A DNA stretch of 64,000 nucleotides from Anthoceros angustus (GCA_010909165.1 MU008171.1:682001-746000), one strand, 5' to 3'; counted from the first letter of the stretch, positions 12,170-25,244 are shown. Made by a program: numbers and translations. The notes: generated from the sequence alone by a model not told the origin.

Positions 12170-12615
12170 GTTGGAAGCTTCCAAATCAGTGACAGCTCAA
12201 AGAATATAAATAGATCTAACTTTGGATCATATAATGTTCGTGGGTTGGAAGCTTCCAAATTAATGAGAGGTCAAAGATTATAAATAGGGCTAACTTTGGA
12301 TTACATAGTGTTCATCGGTTAGTAGCTTTTGAATTAGTGAGAGCTCAAAGAATATAAATAAAGCCGTATAACTTTTAAATACATCATGTATGTGGGTTGG
12401 AAGCTTCCAAACGGTTGGAAGCTTCCAAACGGTTGGAAGCTTCCAAACGGTTGGAAGCTTCCAAGGTTGGAAGCTTCCAAACGGTTGGAAGCTTCCAAAC
12501 CAGCAAGGGCTCAGGGAATGTAAATAGAGATGGCCAATTTTGTATTACATAATGTTCGTAGGCTGGAAGCTTCCAAATCTACGAGAGCTCAAAGAATATA
12601 TATAGGGCTAACTTA
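12170..12615. repeat. ~75-bp satellite with palindromic core TTGGAAGCTTCCAA and an internal 18-bp expansion
   Basis: Units begin at ~12170, 12245, 12318, 12396 and 12562. (GGTTGGAAGCTTCCAAAC)x6 lies at 12395-12500, with one copy lacking AC. Confidence 0.92.
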
Positions 12616-13374
12616 AGAAGCTGGCCATCTTCTAATTGGTGGATGATACGTTGGGCGTGTTCCACACGCACGCCGTGGTAGATGAGTGGTGGAGATTAAG
12701 AGGATCTCATTTAGCTTCCGCTTCCAAATGACTTTGGAAGATAATTTTTTTTTTATGGTCCACTATTAAATGACAGATGACCAGATGGAAGCTAAAAGGT
12801 AATGGAAAGGGAGAAAGGGAAAAGGAGTTGTTTGTTTGACATCTATGTCATTTTTTAGGATAAATTTTTTATTGAACTTATTATTTAATCTCGAGAAGAA
12901 GCTTTATTTAATCGAGATGTCATCTCTAAAGTGTCTATATATGTCAACATAGCTCTCAGATTTTTATATGTGTATCAAGTCCTATTTGATTTTTCATATT
13001 CTATTTTTATGTGTAAGTTTTTATCCATTTTTTAGGGTCGATAATGAAACCCATTTGATTTCTATGGACTGTAGTTTTTTGAATTTCATTTGTACATAGT
13101 CTATATATATATGCATGAAATATCTCAATGATGATTCATTACTTTTATTTTCTATTTGATATGGACAGAAAGGTAGAAATAGTTTGATTTCTATGTTTAG
13201 AATATTATGAACATTTCTTTGTTGTATAGGCATGTGAGTGAACTTAGTTTCATGATTGCACAGTGAGAGCATATTAGACTCCTCGATTTTTTAGTTTTGA
13301 CCTCTATGTATACATTTGCTTTTGACAACAGGGTTGGGCTAACTAATTGGCGAGTAACTTTACGACAAAAATCA

Positions 13375-15393
13375 ATGGTGTGTACTATTCTCCCTTTTTT
13401 TTTTTTGAAAATTAAAAGAGTTTGATATATATATATTTATTTATAATTTTTATATAATCATTTGATTTATGTTCCATCGCAGCAGGCTGTTGAAAAGTTT
13501 CCTTGGCTTCAATCGCTTATTGAATGCAAACGACGCGAATGCTTCAAACATCCTCATGCAGTGAAATCAAAGTCCAACTTTTTTTGTACTACATGCCAAG
13601 ATAGAACACTGTGTTGCAAATATTGTGTCCATGAAAGTCACGCTGGACATGAAATGTTGCAGTTGAAATTGGCATCATATAGAGAGTGTGTTGCACCATG
13701 TGAACTAGAAAGTCTTGGATTGGATTTGACTGGGATCAAGTGTGACTTCAAGATCAATGGGAAGCCAATTGTCTTCCTAAACCACAAGAAAAAGAAGCTG
13801 TCAGCAGAATATGGAGATGATGGAGGTAAAAAATCTTCGAGACGAAGAAAGTTAATCTCAAAGGATTGTAGTTGCAACCATTGTGGGAAAAACATGAGCG
13901 GTAATTTCAAGTTTTGTAGTTTGGGTTGTAAGTATCCAGCATCTACATTTGGAGTAGGTACAACACTTGAAGTCCAAGAAAATTCTCACAACAATACACA
14001 AGGTGCAAGTGAAGAAGCAGGCTTGTCAAATGTGCAAGGATACGAGTTATATAAGAAGAATGGAGGTGGGGTTGAGAACATAGAGTATGATAGGGATGTG
14101 GATATGGTAAAAGAGCAACAGGATTTGAAGAATTTAAGTGGTGGTGGTGGGGTAGGGAAACCGACAAGTGTGGATGTAGTAAAAGAGCAGCAGGTTTTGA
14201 AAGGGTCCATGACTCCAATGCTGGATGAACGTTCCGTGCATGTTAACGTTATAGAACAGAGTGCTAGATTTATAGAGTATGGAAGATTTTGCAAGCACAT
14301 AATATTCAAGAAAGAAGCTGAACAGAGTCCTAGATTTATTGATTACGGAAGATTTGGCAAGTACAAAATGTTTAACATTCAGGCTGACAAGTTCCCGGGG
14401 CCTACTATGAATGTCTGTGATACAAGTAAGAGGCAGATATCATCTACTCATGTTGGGTCCTTCAAGGACACAAGAATTCAGGACTTGCATCACCTCCCTG
14501 TGAAGAAGAGGATAACTTTAGAAATGTCCAACATTCAGGCTGAGAATTTGTCTGTGGTTACGAGGATAACTTCAGAAATGTCCAACATTCAGGCTGAGAA
14601 CTTCCCTGTGGTCAAGAGGAAAACTTCAGAAAAGTTGAACATTCAGGCTGAGACCTCCCATGAGAAGAAGAGGAAAGCTTCAGAGAAGTCCAACATTCAG
14701 GCTGAGACCTCCCATGTGAAGAAGAGGAAAGCTTCAGAGAAGTCCAACATTCAGGCTGAGACCTCCCATGTGAAGAAGAGGAGAACTTCAGAAAAGTCCA
14801 ACATTCAGGCTGAGAACTCCCATGTGAAGAAGAGGAAAACTTCAGAAAAGTGCAACATTCAGGCTGAGAACTCCCGTGTGAAGAAGAGGAAAACTTCAGA
14901 AAAGTCCAACATGGCTGGGACCTTCCAGGGGCCGGATATGAGTGTGTGTGATACAAGTGTGTTGAGTATATCATCTACTCTTGTTCCGTCCTTCAAGGAC
15001 AAGACTATTCAGGACTTGCGTCTCCTCCATCAGAGGGATAGGAAAGCTTTAGAAATGTCGAACATTCAGGCTGACAAGTTCCCGGGGCCTGATATGTATG
15101 TGTGTGATTCAAGTATGCTGCGTATCCCATCTCCTCATGTTCCGTTCTTCAAGAACAAAATTATTCAGAGCTTGCGTCTCCTCCCTTTGAAGAAGAGGAG
15201 AACCTTAGAAGAAATTGTGCAAAAACTGCCGGTGAAGAAACGTGCAAGTTTTGAACCTGGTATGGACAGCGTTCGGTATGTTGACAGGAGGACATTAAAA
15301 ACTCCCTTCACATATAAAAGAAGTCAGCTAACTTATGCTGGAAGGGAAGGGGAAGTATTGAAGATCCTCCCAGGCATCATAGAGCTGTTATAG
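13375..15393 (+). CDS. PLATZ zinc-binding protein with long repetitive Lys/Arg-rich C-terminus; predicted exons 13375-13377 (ATG only) and 13483-15393
   Basis: PWL...C-x2-H...FCTTC...HAGHEMLQ...SY...INGKPIVFLN...CNHC...FKFCSLGCK is the PLATZ signature. ATG|GT at 13375-13379 and the AG acceptor at 13481-13482 are in frame. Confidence 0.85.
14374..15200 (+). repeat. Nested coding repeats in PLATZ: 54-bp (18-aa) units within ~52-aa modules
   Basis: NIQAE(T/N)SHVKKRK(A/T)SEKS about 7 times (~14530-14910). NIQADKFPGP.M.VCD.S...FKD..IQ.L modules at ~14374, ~14908 and ~15061. Confidence 0.92.
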
Positions 15394-15769
15394 CAATGAA
15401 CGAATTCGAAGGAAGGAAGTGTACATCTTTGAGCAGCCTAGGCTGTGTGAAGAGTAGACGCATCGAGCACTGTATTGCAGGCCAAGGATTTTGAGGGCTT
15501 AGGGTCCTGTCTCAGCACTGTTAGATAAACGAAGGCAATTGTGGAAGTTACTCTTTAGCTTAGGCTGCATGCGGGTATCGGAGTAAACGTTTGTCAGGCG
15601 TAACATTTGGCCTAATAACTAGCATTCGTCACCTGACCTGCTGTGCTGACTTATGCACTGGTTGCACATGGAGAAGGAATTACCGAGTGCTGCGTCCCTA
15701 AGTCGTGGATGTAGCAGTTTGAAAATAGAATGTTGCAGGCTCCGCTTTGAGAAGAAGCTTGTTAATGCT

Positions 15770-16118
15770 GCTGCTAGAGAAGCAGTGTGTGCAGTTTGCA
15801 GTGTTGTTGCTAGAGAAGCACTGTGTGCAGCGTGCAGTTTGCGGTGATGTTTCCAGAGATGCACTGTACAGTGCAGTTTGCAGTGATATGTTGCTAGTGA
15901 AGCAGTACGCTGTATGGAGTCTGCAGTGTTGTTGCTAGAGAAGCACTGTGTGCAGTTTGCAATGCTGTTGCTAGAGAAGCATGGTGGAGACTGCAACAGC
16001 AACATTGCACTGGTGAGACTGCACTGTGTGCAGTGTGCAGTGTTGTTACCAGAGAAGCACTGTGTGCAGTGCTGTTGCTAGAGAAGCAGTACTGTGTGCC
16101 GTTTGCAGTGTTGCACTG
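15770..16118. repeat. Degenerate ~36-bp minisatellite (GTGTGCAGTTTGCAGTGTTGTTGCTAGAGAAGCACT)
   Basis: About 8 imperfect copies visible. Confidence 0.85.
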
Positions 16119-18751
16119 CATATATCTTAATTAAGTTGACATGCTTTGCAGAATGCTGCACTTTGCGTGCTTGTTAAGCTTCTATCTGTGTAAAGTGGTG
16201 AAAAAATCGCAATAGGATCGATGGATGTTGTGGATAGGGCTGTTCTTTCATCCTGGCATCCGACCTCATATGGGTCCGAAGGGCCATTTTGTTGTGCCCC
16301 TTGTATTGATGCCGTCTTTCGGAAAAGGAAGACAATCCGCGCAGAGATTCTGGTCGTCCAGTGTACACGAGAGAAATGTTCAAGTTGTGTTGGTGAGAAA
16401 TCAGAATCGTACCCGAGCAAGGTTGCGAAATGGGCTGTGGCCAGTGAGGCGCACCGTTTGCTCGAGCGGCCAGGCGAAACGTGTCGAAGGCGAAGGCAAA
16501 GAAAGGCTGCAGGAGGGAGCATATGCATGCATGGACAGAAAGATGGTAGCGACGGTGACGAAGGGAGCTATCTACTGCAGAGGCAGAGGCAGAGGCAGGC
16601 GCGCGCAGTGGAGGGCCCGAGGGAATAAGAGTGGCAGTAGAGTAGGATGGACGCAACGGCCACAATGATTGTCGGACAGAGATGTTTACAAGCAACGACA
16701 ATGGCGAGGTATGTATACATTATCTACCATGGGACGGGCCCGGCGGGGCCAGGAACAGGAAACGATCGAGAGACGGCCTCGTTCTCTCTCCTGCTCTGAT
16801 GAGAGGGAAGGCACGCGCAGCGTCAGAGACGCAAGCCGAGAGTGCATGGAAAGGCGTGTCGAGCGGGGAGGAGACAGCGGGAGCCTGGAGCCCGGTGCCC
16901 GGTGCCCGCGAGTCGCAGCAGGCCAGGCCAGGCGAGGCCACGCCAGGCCGCGGGTGCTGGTGCTGGTGCTGGTGCTGGGTCCAGTCTCCCGGCCATGCAA
17001 GTGCCTATGGGAGCAGAGCCACGTCGGGAGCCAGCCATGTATCCCGGCGGCCCACCAGGCTGTGAGAGCTGTCTGCCCATCACTGTGCAGCGACGTCACG
17101 CTCCCCGTGCTGATAACGTCTGTCCAGACAGGGTCTAGGGGAATTTTGTAGACCGTGGAGGTGTGCAGATGGAGCAGCCAGCGCTGGAGCCCGACCTCGA
17201 GGGCGGCAGTCCCCAGAGTACAGCAGGGCGGGGTGGGGCGGGGCAGGGCGAGGCAGGGCGGGGCAGGGCAGATATGTATGTGCCGCGCTGCCCGCCACTT
17301 CGTCTTCGCCCAGCCCACTGCCCAGCAATGGCATTCCAGCTGCAGCAGCCGGGCCCCGGCGGCTCTTGAATCCGTCTGCACGGCAGCTCTGACGGGTCAA
17401 TGGTCAAAGGGAGCCTGCTGCAGCGGGACGTACGCTGCTCGCAGGCAGGCCCAGGCCCAGGGCCACAGGCTCTGGCACTGGAGGCACTGGAGCCTGCCAC
17501 TAATGCCTGCCAGCCTGCCAGCCTGAGCCCACGCCATTACAAACGTACACACATATCTCCCATCCGGACGAGGATGCGGACCCGGACCCGGAACCCGGTG
17601 CATGTCGCGAAAGCAGTGGCAGGCCCGGGCCACGGGTGCCACACTTGCGCCTTCTCCCAATTCCACCCCTCCAGTCCCCGTCCCCGGCCCCGGCCCCGGC
17701 CCCGGCTCTCGCTTGCACGAATGGGTCTGGCTATGGGGAATTTTAGTTTGGCGTGCCTGGGCCCGGGCCGGGGCCCGGGCCGGGGCCCCGGGGGCCTGCA
17801 CCCGAGCTTGCAGCTCGCAGGCTTCGTACTCGGGATGTGGATATGTAGATGAATTCCTCAAGGACGGCCGCGCCCGGGCCCGGCTATCATCAGCATGGGC
17901 CACTGCAGGCCGGGCTCGGGCTCGGGCGCGGGCTCACATCGCTCCCTCCAATTTGTTCTCTTCCACGGGGTGGAATTCTTTCTCCGGGCCCGTGTCAGCC
18001 CAGCCGGCGGCCATGGGGGCCTGCCTGCACCCCTGAAGCTTGCGTACGTGCACGGTACACAGCTCGTTTGGAAGGGGCTTCTTGTCACCATTCCGCTACT
18101 TTGGTTGGCTAGCAGCGCCCTCAGACCACAGCTATCTCTCACCTGCTCCTGCTTTTTGCTTTCGCTGCTCTGCCATGCTCTTTTGCCGGTGCCGGACCTA
18201 CGGTGTGCTCCTAAAAGTCCTGGTCTTCGGTCCTGGTCCTGGGCTGGCCCTGTTTTCAGTACACTGTGCTTTTCAGTTGGATGAATACATTTCTGCTCTG
18301 CTCTGCTATGCTCTGCCTTGTCTGCCCTGTTGCAACCTGCAGGCTGCCAGCCACGCCCAGGCCCAGGCCCCCTCCCAGTTCAGGCCACCCGATCCGATGC
18401 TGCACAGTTCCCTAGCCTTGACATTTCCACTCCCCCTTTTACGAAATTTCAGGACGGACGTGCACAGGTCAATCTACTCTCTGGCCACACCAGCCGTTGT
18501 ACCTTTAAGGCTCCTCATGGCTATTGGGCACATTTGCCCCATTGGGCCATTGGGCCATTGGGCCATTTGGTTCATTGCCCGTCCAGCCCCGCCGTCCGGA
18601 TAATATTTTCAATCCCAGCCCACCTCGCTCGGGCTCGGGCTCGGGCTCGGTGCGCATCACATGAGATTGTGGGGGTGGGCTCTTCTTTCGTGTTTCTAGT
18701 TGTCGGTGAGTTTGATACCAAGCACTTCGAGTGAGCATTTTGGTTTTGGAG

Positions 18752-18834
<83 letters not shown>
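18752..18834. repeat. Compound (CT)n(CA)n microsatellite
   Basis: Direct reading. Confidence 0.97.
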
Positions 18835-19919
18835 GATGATAATCTGCTTCACTTTTCCTTCATCTCGTCGAGCTGTACACCAAACCACGATTGAATTCAG
18901 GAAAAAAGGGTCTTGTTGTTCGTGCATGTTCCTTGTTTAGGTCGTGTTTCGAACGAACTCGTCATAAACACCAAGTCATAGCATGAGAAGCCAAGTGTGT
19001 GGCACACCCCAAAACATGAGACGAAATGGGTGACTTGAGAAGGAAGCTAGGGTAGACTAGTTGATGCTCCCGGCAGGGTGGCCCTTCCACATATTATATA
19101 CATTTGGAGGTGCTTATAGAAGGGCTTGGATGCCCCTTGGCTCGTGAGGTGAAGAGGGTGCGGTGGGGAGATCGTTCTCGAGAAGAGGGCGAACGACCGC
19201 ACCCTTAGAATAGCAAGGGCGGGAGACAGAAATCCCGAGCAGCATGCGAAATGCGAAATGCGCGATCCGCGATGCGAAGCCATGGAAGGCGATGGGAGGA
19301 AGGAAGGAATCGAAACGGGAAGGGCGACAAGAAGAGGCATGTGAGGACCACGCGGGCCGTGTCCGTGTCAGGCCTTGGCAAGTCACGCGGGCCTGCCTGA
19401 GATGGAAGCCGGGCTCAAGTGCTCAAGCGTGGCGCAAACGGACGGATATCCGTTCTCGGGAACGGGGAACGGGGACCGGCAGCGGCAGCGACCCCCAGTT
19501 GGCCAGTTGGGGACGAGTCCAGTTACCAGCGCGACTGTTGGGCCGGGCCCTGTCGCGCAACTTGTGACCTGTGGGCCCCTCCGGAAACGGAAGGCGTGCA
19601 CGGACAGATGGAGTTGCAGGCGGGTGTTGCGGCGGCTGCCGCGCCGTCGCCTGTCGGACGGCTGGCGTCACGCACTCAACCCCGGCCCCGGCCCCGGCCC
19701 CGGCCGTTCAAGAGTTGACCCCAATCCGTCCGGCAGGCTGCTGGACAGGGCATCTTCCCGACGTCCGACGTCGGTGCATTCAATGTGCGTGTCCCTGGCC
19801 TGGCCGGCCAGGACCGGGACCGGGACCGGGACCGGACGCTGACCCTGGCTCCAAAATCGACCCAGGTTCTGGCTCCCGGCCATCCGCCCCTGCCTGCCCC
19901 AGGCCAGTTTTTGCGAGAA

Positions 19920-20048
19920 GCCAGGCCAGGGCCAGGGCCGGGGCCGGGGCCGGGGCCAGGGCCAGGGCCAGGGCCAGAGCCAGAGCCAGAGCCAGAGCCA
20001 GAAGAGCCAGAGCCAGAGCCAGAGCCAGAGCCAGAGACAGAGACAGAG

Positions 20049-20079
<31 letters not shown>

Positions 20080-20090
20080 CAGAGACAGAG

Positions 20091-20127
<37 letters not shown>

Positions 20128-20131
20128 CAGA
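19920..20131. repeat. Hexamer microsatellite (CCAGGG/CCGGGG switching to CCAGAG)n
   Basis: Direct reading. Confidence 0.97.
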
Positions 20132-20759
20132 CAAAGAAAGAGCTTGCATGTATCGTATTCGCCTCTCCTACATCTAGAGCGATAAGATGCGATAAGATGC
20201 TGCTGCGGCTGTGCTGTGGGCTGGAGCTGGAGCTGTGCTTGTAACTAGTGCTGTGCGCACTTCCACTGGCAATGGCACTGTGTGTGGGTTGCTGTGTGTT
20301 TGTGCCTATATGTGCATATTGGGCACATGTACGCCCTACCACCTGGCCTGATTGATTTCATGATCTGGCTTCCGAGTTCCATCCAGGCCTAGGATTTGAT
20401 CAAGCTGGTGGATCATGTGACATTCGTCCCGTGCCGGAATCTCAAATGATGGGGAATGGGCCCAAACTCCAGATTGATGGATATCGCAACCGCTAGCTGT
20501 TCCATATCATCTCACATTGTACACACAGCTGCGCCACTGTAGCTAGCTAGCCACGGGCTGGCTTTCTGGCTTTTTGCCTTCTGCCTTCTGCCTTGCTCGG
20601 TCTTGGTCTTGGTCTTGGGATATCCGATGCTGTGTGCGTGACAGTCTCGTTCACAGAACTGCTGCAGATGACAAGTGCACAGTGCACTGCACTAGACTAC
20701 ATAGTACTAGTGCGGCTGGAGGAGCAGGTCCGTGGGGATGAGACAAGCGGCCCCAGGAG

Positions 20760-20921
20760 CCCAGCACAGCCCAGCACAGCCCAGCCCAGCCCAGCCCAGC
20801 CCAGCCCAGCCCAGCCCAGCCCAGCCCAGCCCAGCCCAGCCCAGCCCAGCCCAGCCCAGCCCAGCCCAGCCCAGCCCAGCCCAGCCCAGCCCAGCCCAGC
20901 CCAGCCCAGCCTAGCCCAGCC
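20760..20921. repeat. (CCCAG)n pentamer microsatellite
   Basis: About 30 near-perfect copies. Confidence 0.97.
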
Positions 20922-22006
20922 CACAGGGCTCACCGGTGGACCCTATGGGCAGCTGGAACGATGGAAGCAAAGCCCATGGCCAGCCCCAGCCCCGGCCTTG
21001 CCCAGCCCAGCCTAGCCGAGCCAAGTAGCTTGCGGCAGCTCCAGCTGCATGCAGTGCACAGTGTTCAGCATCTCTCGTCGTTAGTCAGCCCATGAGCTCA
21101 GTGCGCCTCACTGGGCTGGGCTGACGCACAACGCACAACGCACAACGCACAACGCACAACTGACGCCCTCCCACCAGCTGCAGCAACAGGGTTTGCGGCC
21201 TTGGACGGATCGGGTGGACCCGTTTCCGTTGGGCCTCATCACATATTCCCTCTCCTCCAAGCAGGTTACTATGTAGGGAGGAGCTCGAGAAGGCCTGCTC
21301 TGGTCGGAGAGCGGGGCCCGGGCCCCCTCACCATCGGAGACCGGAGGCTGGCTGCCTTGCCCATGTTATGTTGGCTTGCTTCGGCTTCTAGTTGTTGGCC
21401 GCCTTTTGTTTGAGTGGATGAATGTCGGCTGACTTCACTAAATTCCCGTAATGCGCTACAAAGAGACACGCAGCTTGATTCTGGACCGAGCTCTGAGCCG
21501 AGGTATGATGTCACTCTGACTTTGTGTGGGACACAGCCAGCAAACCTGCCTTTTTGCTTGCCCCCGACCACAAGCAACCACACCATGCATGTTGCATTAA
21601 TTGTAGGGGAAAGGAGGCCTAGGGAAGGTGCGACGAAAAGAGAAGCACAAGGAAGACTGGACGATACACAAAAGTACGATTGTATTATAAGTTTCTTTGT
21701 AAAAACCATCTCGCATCACACATTCAAGTGTGGAGGGAGCAAGACACCGACCGCACCACCTGTGCGCGGGGCCTTGCGAGCCTCGAAGAAAACTTTTTGC
21801 TGCTGGACATGTGCCACCACTACTGTGACTGTAGCTACAATATTTCCTCTTCTTTGAGTTTGCCTGGGTAGCAAGCTCCTCCTACACGGCTGCCTCGCGG
21901 AACCCAACATTCTACCTCACAAGATTCCTACTACTTTACAGAGTAGCCAACCACACCACCCTTCTCCTAAATGTACAGACTGATGATTCAATACAAAGTC
22001 CACACT

Positions 22007-25000
22007 TCAGCAGCTCCCCCCGGAAGTCATAGGCAGATTGCCGAATCCCATGTGATGCACAACACTGTGGAGGTCGTTATCCCACACTGTTGATGTCTGC
22101 ACAGTGAGCACCAAAAGCGCAGGTGAGTGAGTACCCCGGGGGTTGGGGGAGGGGGGGACATGGAGAGGACACACGCTATCAAGCCTTCCTTGGGATCGTA
22201 CACCTTGCCAAGGCATTCACCTGAGAAACAGTATCTCCATAGTTATCCAGGCACGGTGACATGGGTGCGTTCATGCTCTTCCTCAGTGCGTCGTAGGGAG
22301 CCCCCATGGTCCTCATATCCATGGCGCAGGTGGCGCCCATCTGCATGGCCATTGGGTGTTGGTGCTGCTGCTGGTGCAGGAGGTGGGTCGGGTACGGAGA
22401 CGGCATAGGCATCGTGTCGTGACCCATAATCAGGTGATGCTGTTGCGGTTGATGTTGGAGTGAGCTTCGTTGCTGCTGAAACATCTGTAGCATTGCAAAA
22501 TACTCCTTCAGCCTCCCCACTAGTGCTTAAGACTACTTAGTAACAAAACAATGCTAGCTCAAGACTGAGCATTCCACAAGTAGCTAGATGTACCTCTTTA
22601 GATATGATGGTATCCATGTTGAATTCCAATCTTGGGTTGACGGCTGCGAGCTTCAGAGAAAGGAACTGCATCCACACAACACCAGCAGACATCATGATCA
22701 GGAACAAAGATCCACCACCACCGAGAGCTTTCAAGAGTGGATTACAAAAGCATGTCCAAGAAATCTCACCTCCACTTGCCGCTGTAGGGACTGCACGTAG
22801 TTGATGATTTCATCCAGCATCACAGCTTTGCCAGTAACCTGTTTACACAGCACATGTACAACAACATACGTTCATGAGCCAACGAGATCGGAGGAACTCA
22901 TGGGCATCCTCAAAAGTCACGCTGAAACTAGGAGGAAGCTTGAGAGCTGCAAGCAACATACCTTGCTGCAGCCGGGAACAAGATCTTGAAGGTACTTCAT
23001 GCGTTCAGAAATTTTCTCACGCCTCACCTGCAGAGACGTAAGAAGCCGTGGCATCAGGCTTGGCACTAGAAAGTGATGTCTGTGAAAAGGTCATGAAGGA
23101 CGAGAAAGCGATGACTCACCCTCTCAGCGAGACTGTGGCTGTCGGTTGCCTGCCCACGCCGAGCACGAACATGGATGTAGTCGGGCTTGGGGAGCTCAGG
23201 AGGCTTGCTGCTCTCCTTGGCTGGTCCAGGACTGGTGCTGTCTCCAGAATCGCCGCAGCTCTTGGTGTCCTTGTCTCCTCGGCTTCTCTTGGGATTCGCA
23301 ACAGGAGGGTCCTCATTCTACACACAGCATTGGGTCCTGCGTTCAGAGGCCACTCTACATCCAGACGGCACAGAAGAGCAGCACTGGTAGCCTGAGTGGG
23401 TTGGAAACACTCACCTTGGCAGATTTGGCAGGAGCAGATGGAGAGCGGGAGCCGTTGTCAGCTGCATTCTTGGAGGAGGCAGAGATCTTGTCTTCAGACT
23501 TCCTCTTCTTGCCTTGGCTGTCACTGGAGCCCTCCTTGTCCTGGTCGGAGCTGGAGGAATCCTCAGGGCCATCGCTGGACTCCTTCTGCTGCTCTGATCC
23601 TTCCTCCACCTTCACCACAGCGTCCAAGGGAAGCTTGGCCACCGTGGAGGGGCAGCTGGAGGTTCTGGCCAGCCGCTTCCCGGTACTGTTCCTGGCCGGC
23701 ACAGCCCGTCTCTTGTCGGATCCCGCGCCCTGCTGGCTCTGCGACTCGGCGGCGGTAGAAGCAGAGGGGCTTCTCTGCTCCGTCTCCATGGAGGCGGGGG
23801 CATTGGAGCCGGAGGAGTTGGTGGCAGCCTCGGAAGCAGCCGGCTTGCTGCCCTCCTGGCCGCCATTGGGCGGGGCATTGGGTTGTTGCAGGTGATCCGT
23901 GCTGAGCGGCGGGCAGCTGCTGGTCCTCCACAGCCTGGAGCCCTCCCCGGCATTCTGCTGGGTGGACTTGACAGGCGAGGCTCTCCGGGATTGCTGAGTC
24001 CGCACCTCCATAGGCGGATTGCCCCCGGGCCCGGACCGACTGGCATTGGTGAAGGAAGAGAAGCGGGCGGCCCGCTCAGCGAAGCCCGGGTCGGAGGAGA
24101 ACTGCGCCAGGCAGTGGGAGGTGGCGAGGCGCACTCCGGGCGCCGCGCACGCTCCCTGCAGGTGAGCTATGCTCCCCTGGCCCCCGTCCATGCTCTGGCC
24201 CATCCAGCCGCCCGCCCTATTGAGCACCCTGTCCATGGCCGCCGACACCGCAGCCGGATTGAAGAGCTGGAAGGAATTGTGGGTGGTGGGGCTGGCCGCC
24301 AGAGGGTGGCCATGGCGGGAGATGAAGGCAGCTCCGGGATTCATCACTCCTCCTCCCTCTTGCACCAGCATTCCCCCTCCGGCCAGCAGCCCCGGGGGGT
24401 TCTGAAGCAGATTGCTGCCCGGGAATCCCCCGCTCATGGGGACAACCACGCTGTTGCTGTTGCTGTTGTTGGCGTTGTTGGTGTTGTTGTTGCAGCTGTT
24501 GTTGTTGGCCATGTGAGACATGTTGAGCATCCTGGCGACGGGGTTGCCGGAGGCGCCCACGGACATGGGCATTCCCCCTCCGCCCGCTCTGGAGCTGGCC
24601 CCGTTCCCGCCGGGAGCGAGCATGGACACGGAGGGGAGGTAGCGCATGCCGGAGTCCAGCAGTTGCTGCTGCTGCTGCTGCTGCTGCTGGGGAATGCCGC
24701 ACCAATCCCCTATCTCAGAGCACATCATCTCCTCCCGGGAGGCCGAAATCCGCTGGTGGTGCACGCTCATGTGGGAGGGATTGTTGGCGATCAGGCCGGC
24801 CTGATCAGAAGAGAGTGAGCACTGATCCATGGCGGGGCCGAGCCCGGCGGCCTCCGATCCTCCATTCCTGTGCTGCTGCAGCGGATTCAAGTCCCCGTAC
24901 CCCTGGCCATGCCCCGCCATGAGCACGTCCGAGGTCTGGAATTGCGGCCATGGGCAGGTCTGCGAGGGGGGCGAGGCCGGTGAGCCCCCCTGGGAGGGCG

Positions 25001-25244
25001 ACGGGTAGCAGGTGTTGGAGGACGGCATGGACACGAAGCACTGCTCCGCCTCCACATCGATATCCTGCTGCCCATGCCCCATTCCGTGCTCCCGCAGACT
25101 GGAGTAGGAGGCCGGGCCGGCGTCCCCCCCGACATCCCCCAACATCTGCTGGAAATCGGCGTTGGAATCCATCACCTGCGGGAAGCAAGAATCCTGGTGC
25201 TGCTGCTGCAGCATCTGCAGGCTGCGGCCGTAGCTGTGGTTCAT
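22007..25244 (-). CDS. bHLH transcription factor, CIB1/BEE/HBI1-like (subfamily XII); predicted exons 25244-23415, 23336-23120, 23027-22962, 22838-22770, 22665-22594, 22484-22221, 22096-22007
   Basis: [21 protein letters not shown]|[22 protein letters not shown]|[23 protein letters not shown]|[13 protein letters not shown], plus [18 protein letters not shown] and C-terminal WDNDLHSVV. Conserved phase-0 introns. Confidence 0.93.

Noticed and set aside
12170-12615. CRISPR-like array (palindromic repeat with ~60-bp intervals)
   Set aside because: The intervening sequences are homologous to each other, so this is a satellite rather than a set of spacers.
16127-21015. Many ORFs with poly-(RA), (PE), (SG), (WL) or (AQPSP) tracts
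   Set aside because: Translations of microsatellites, open in several frames on both strands, with no domain or splice support.
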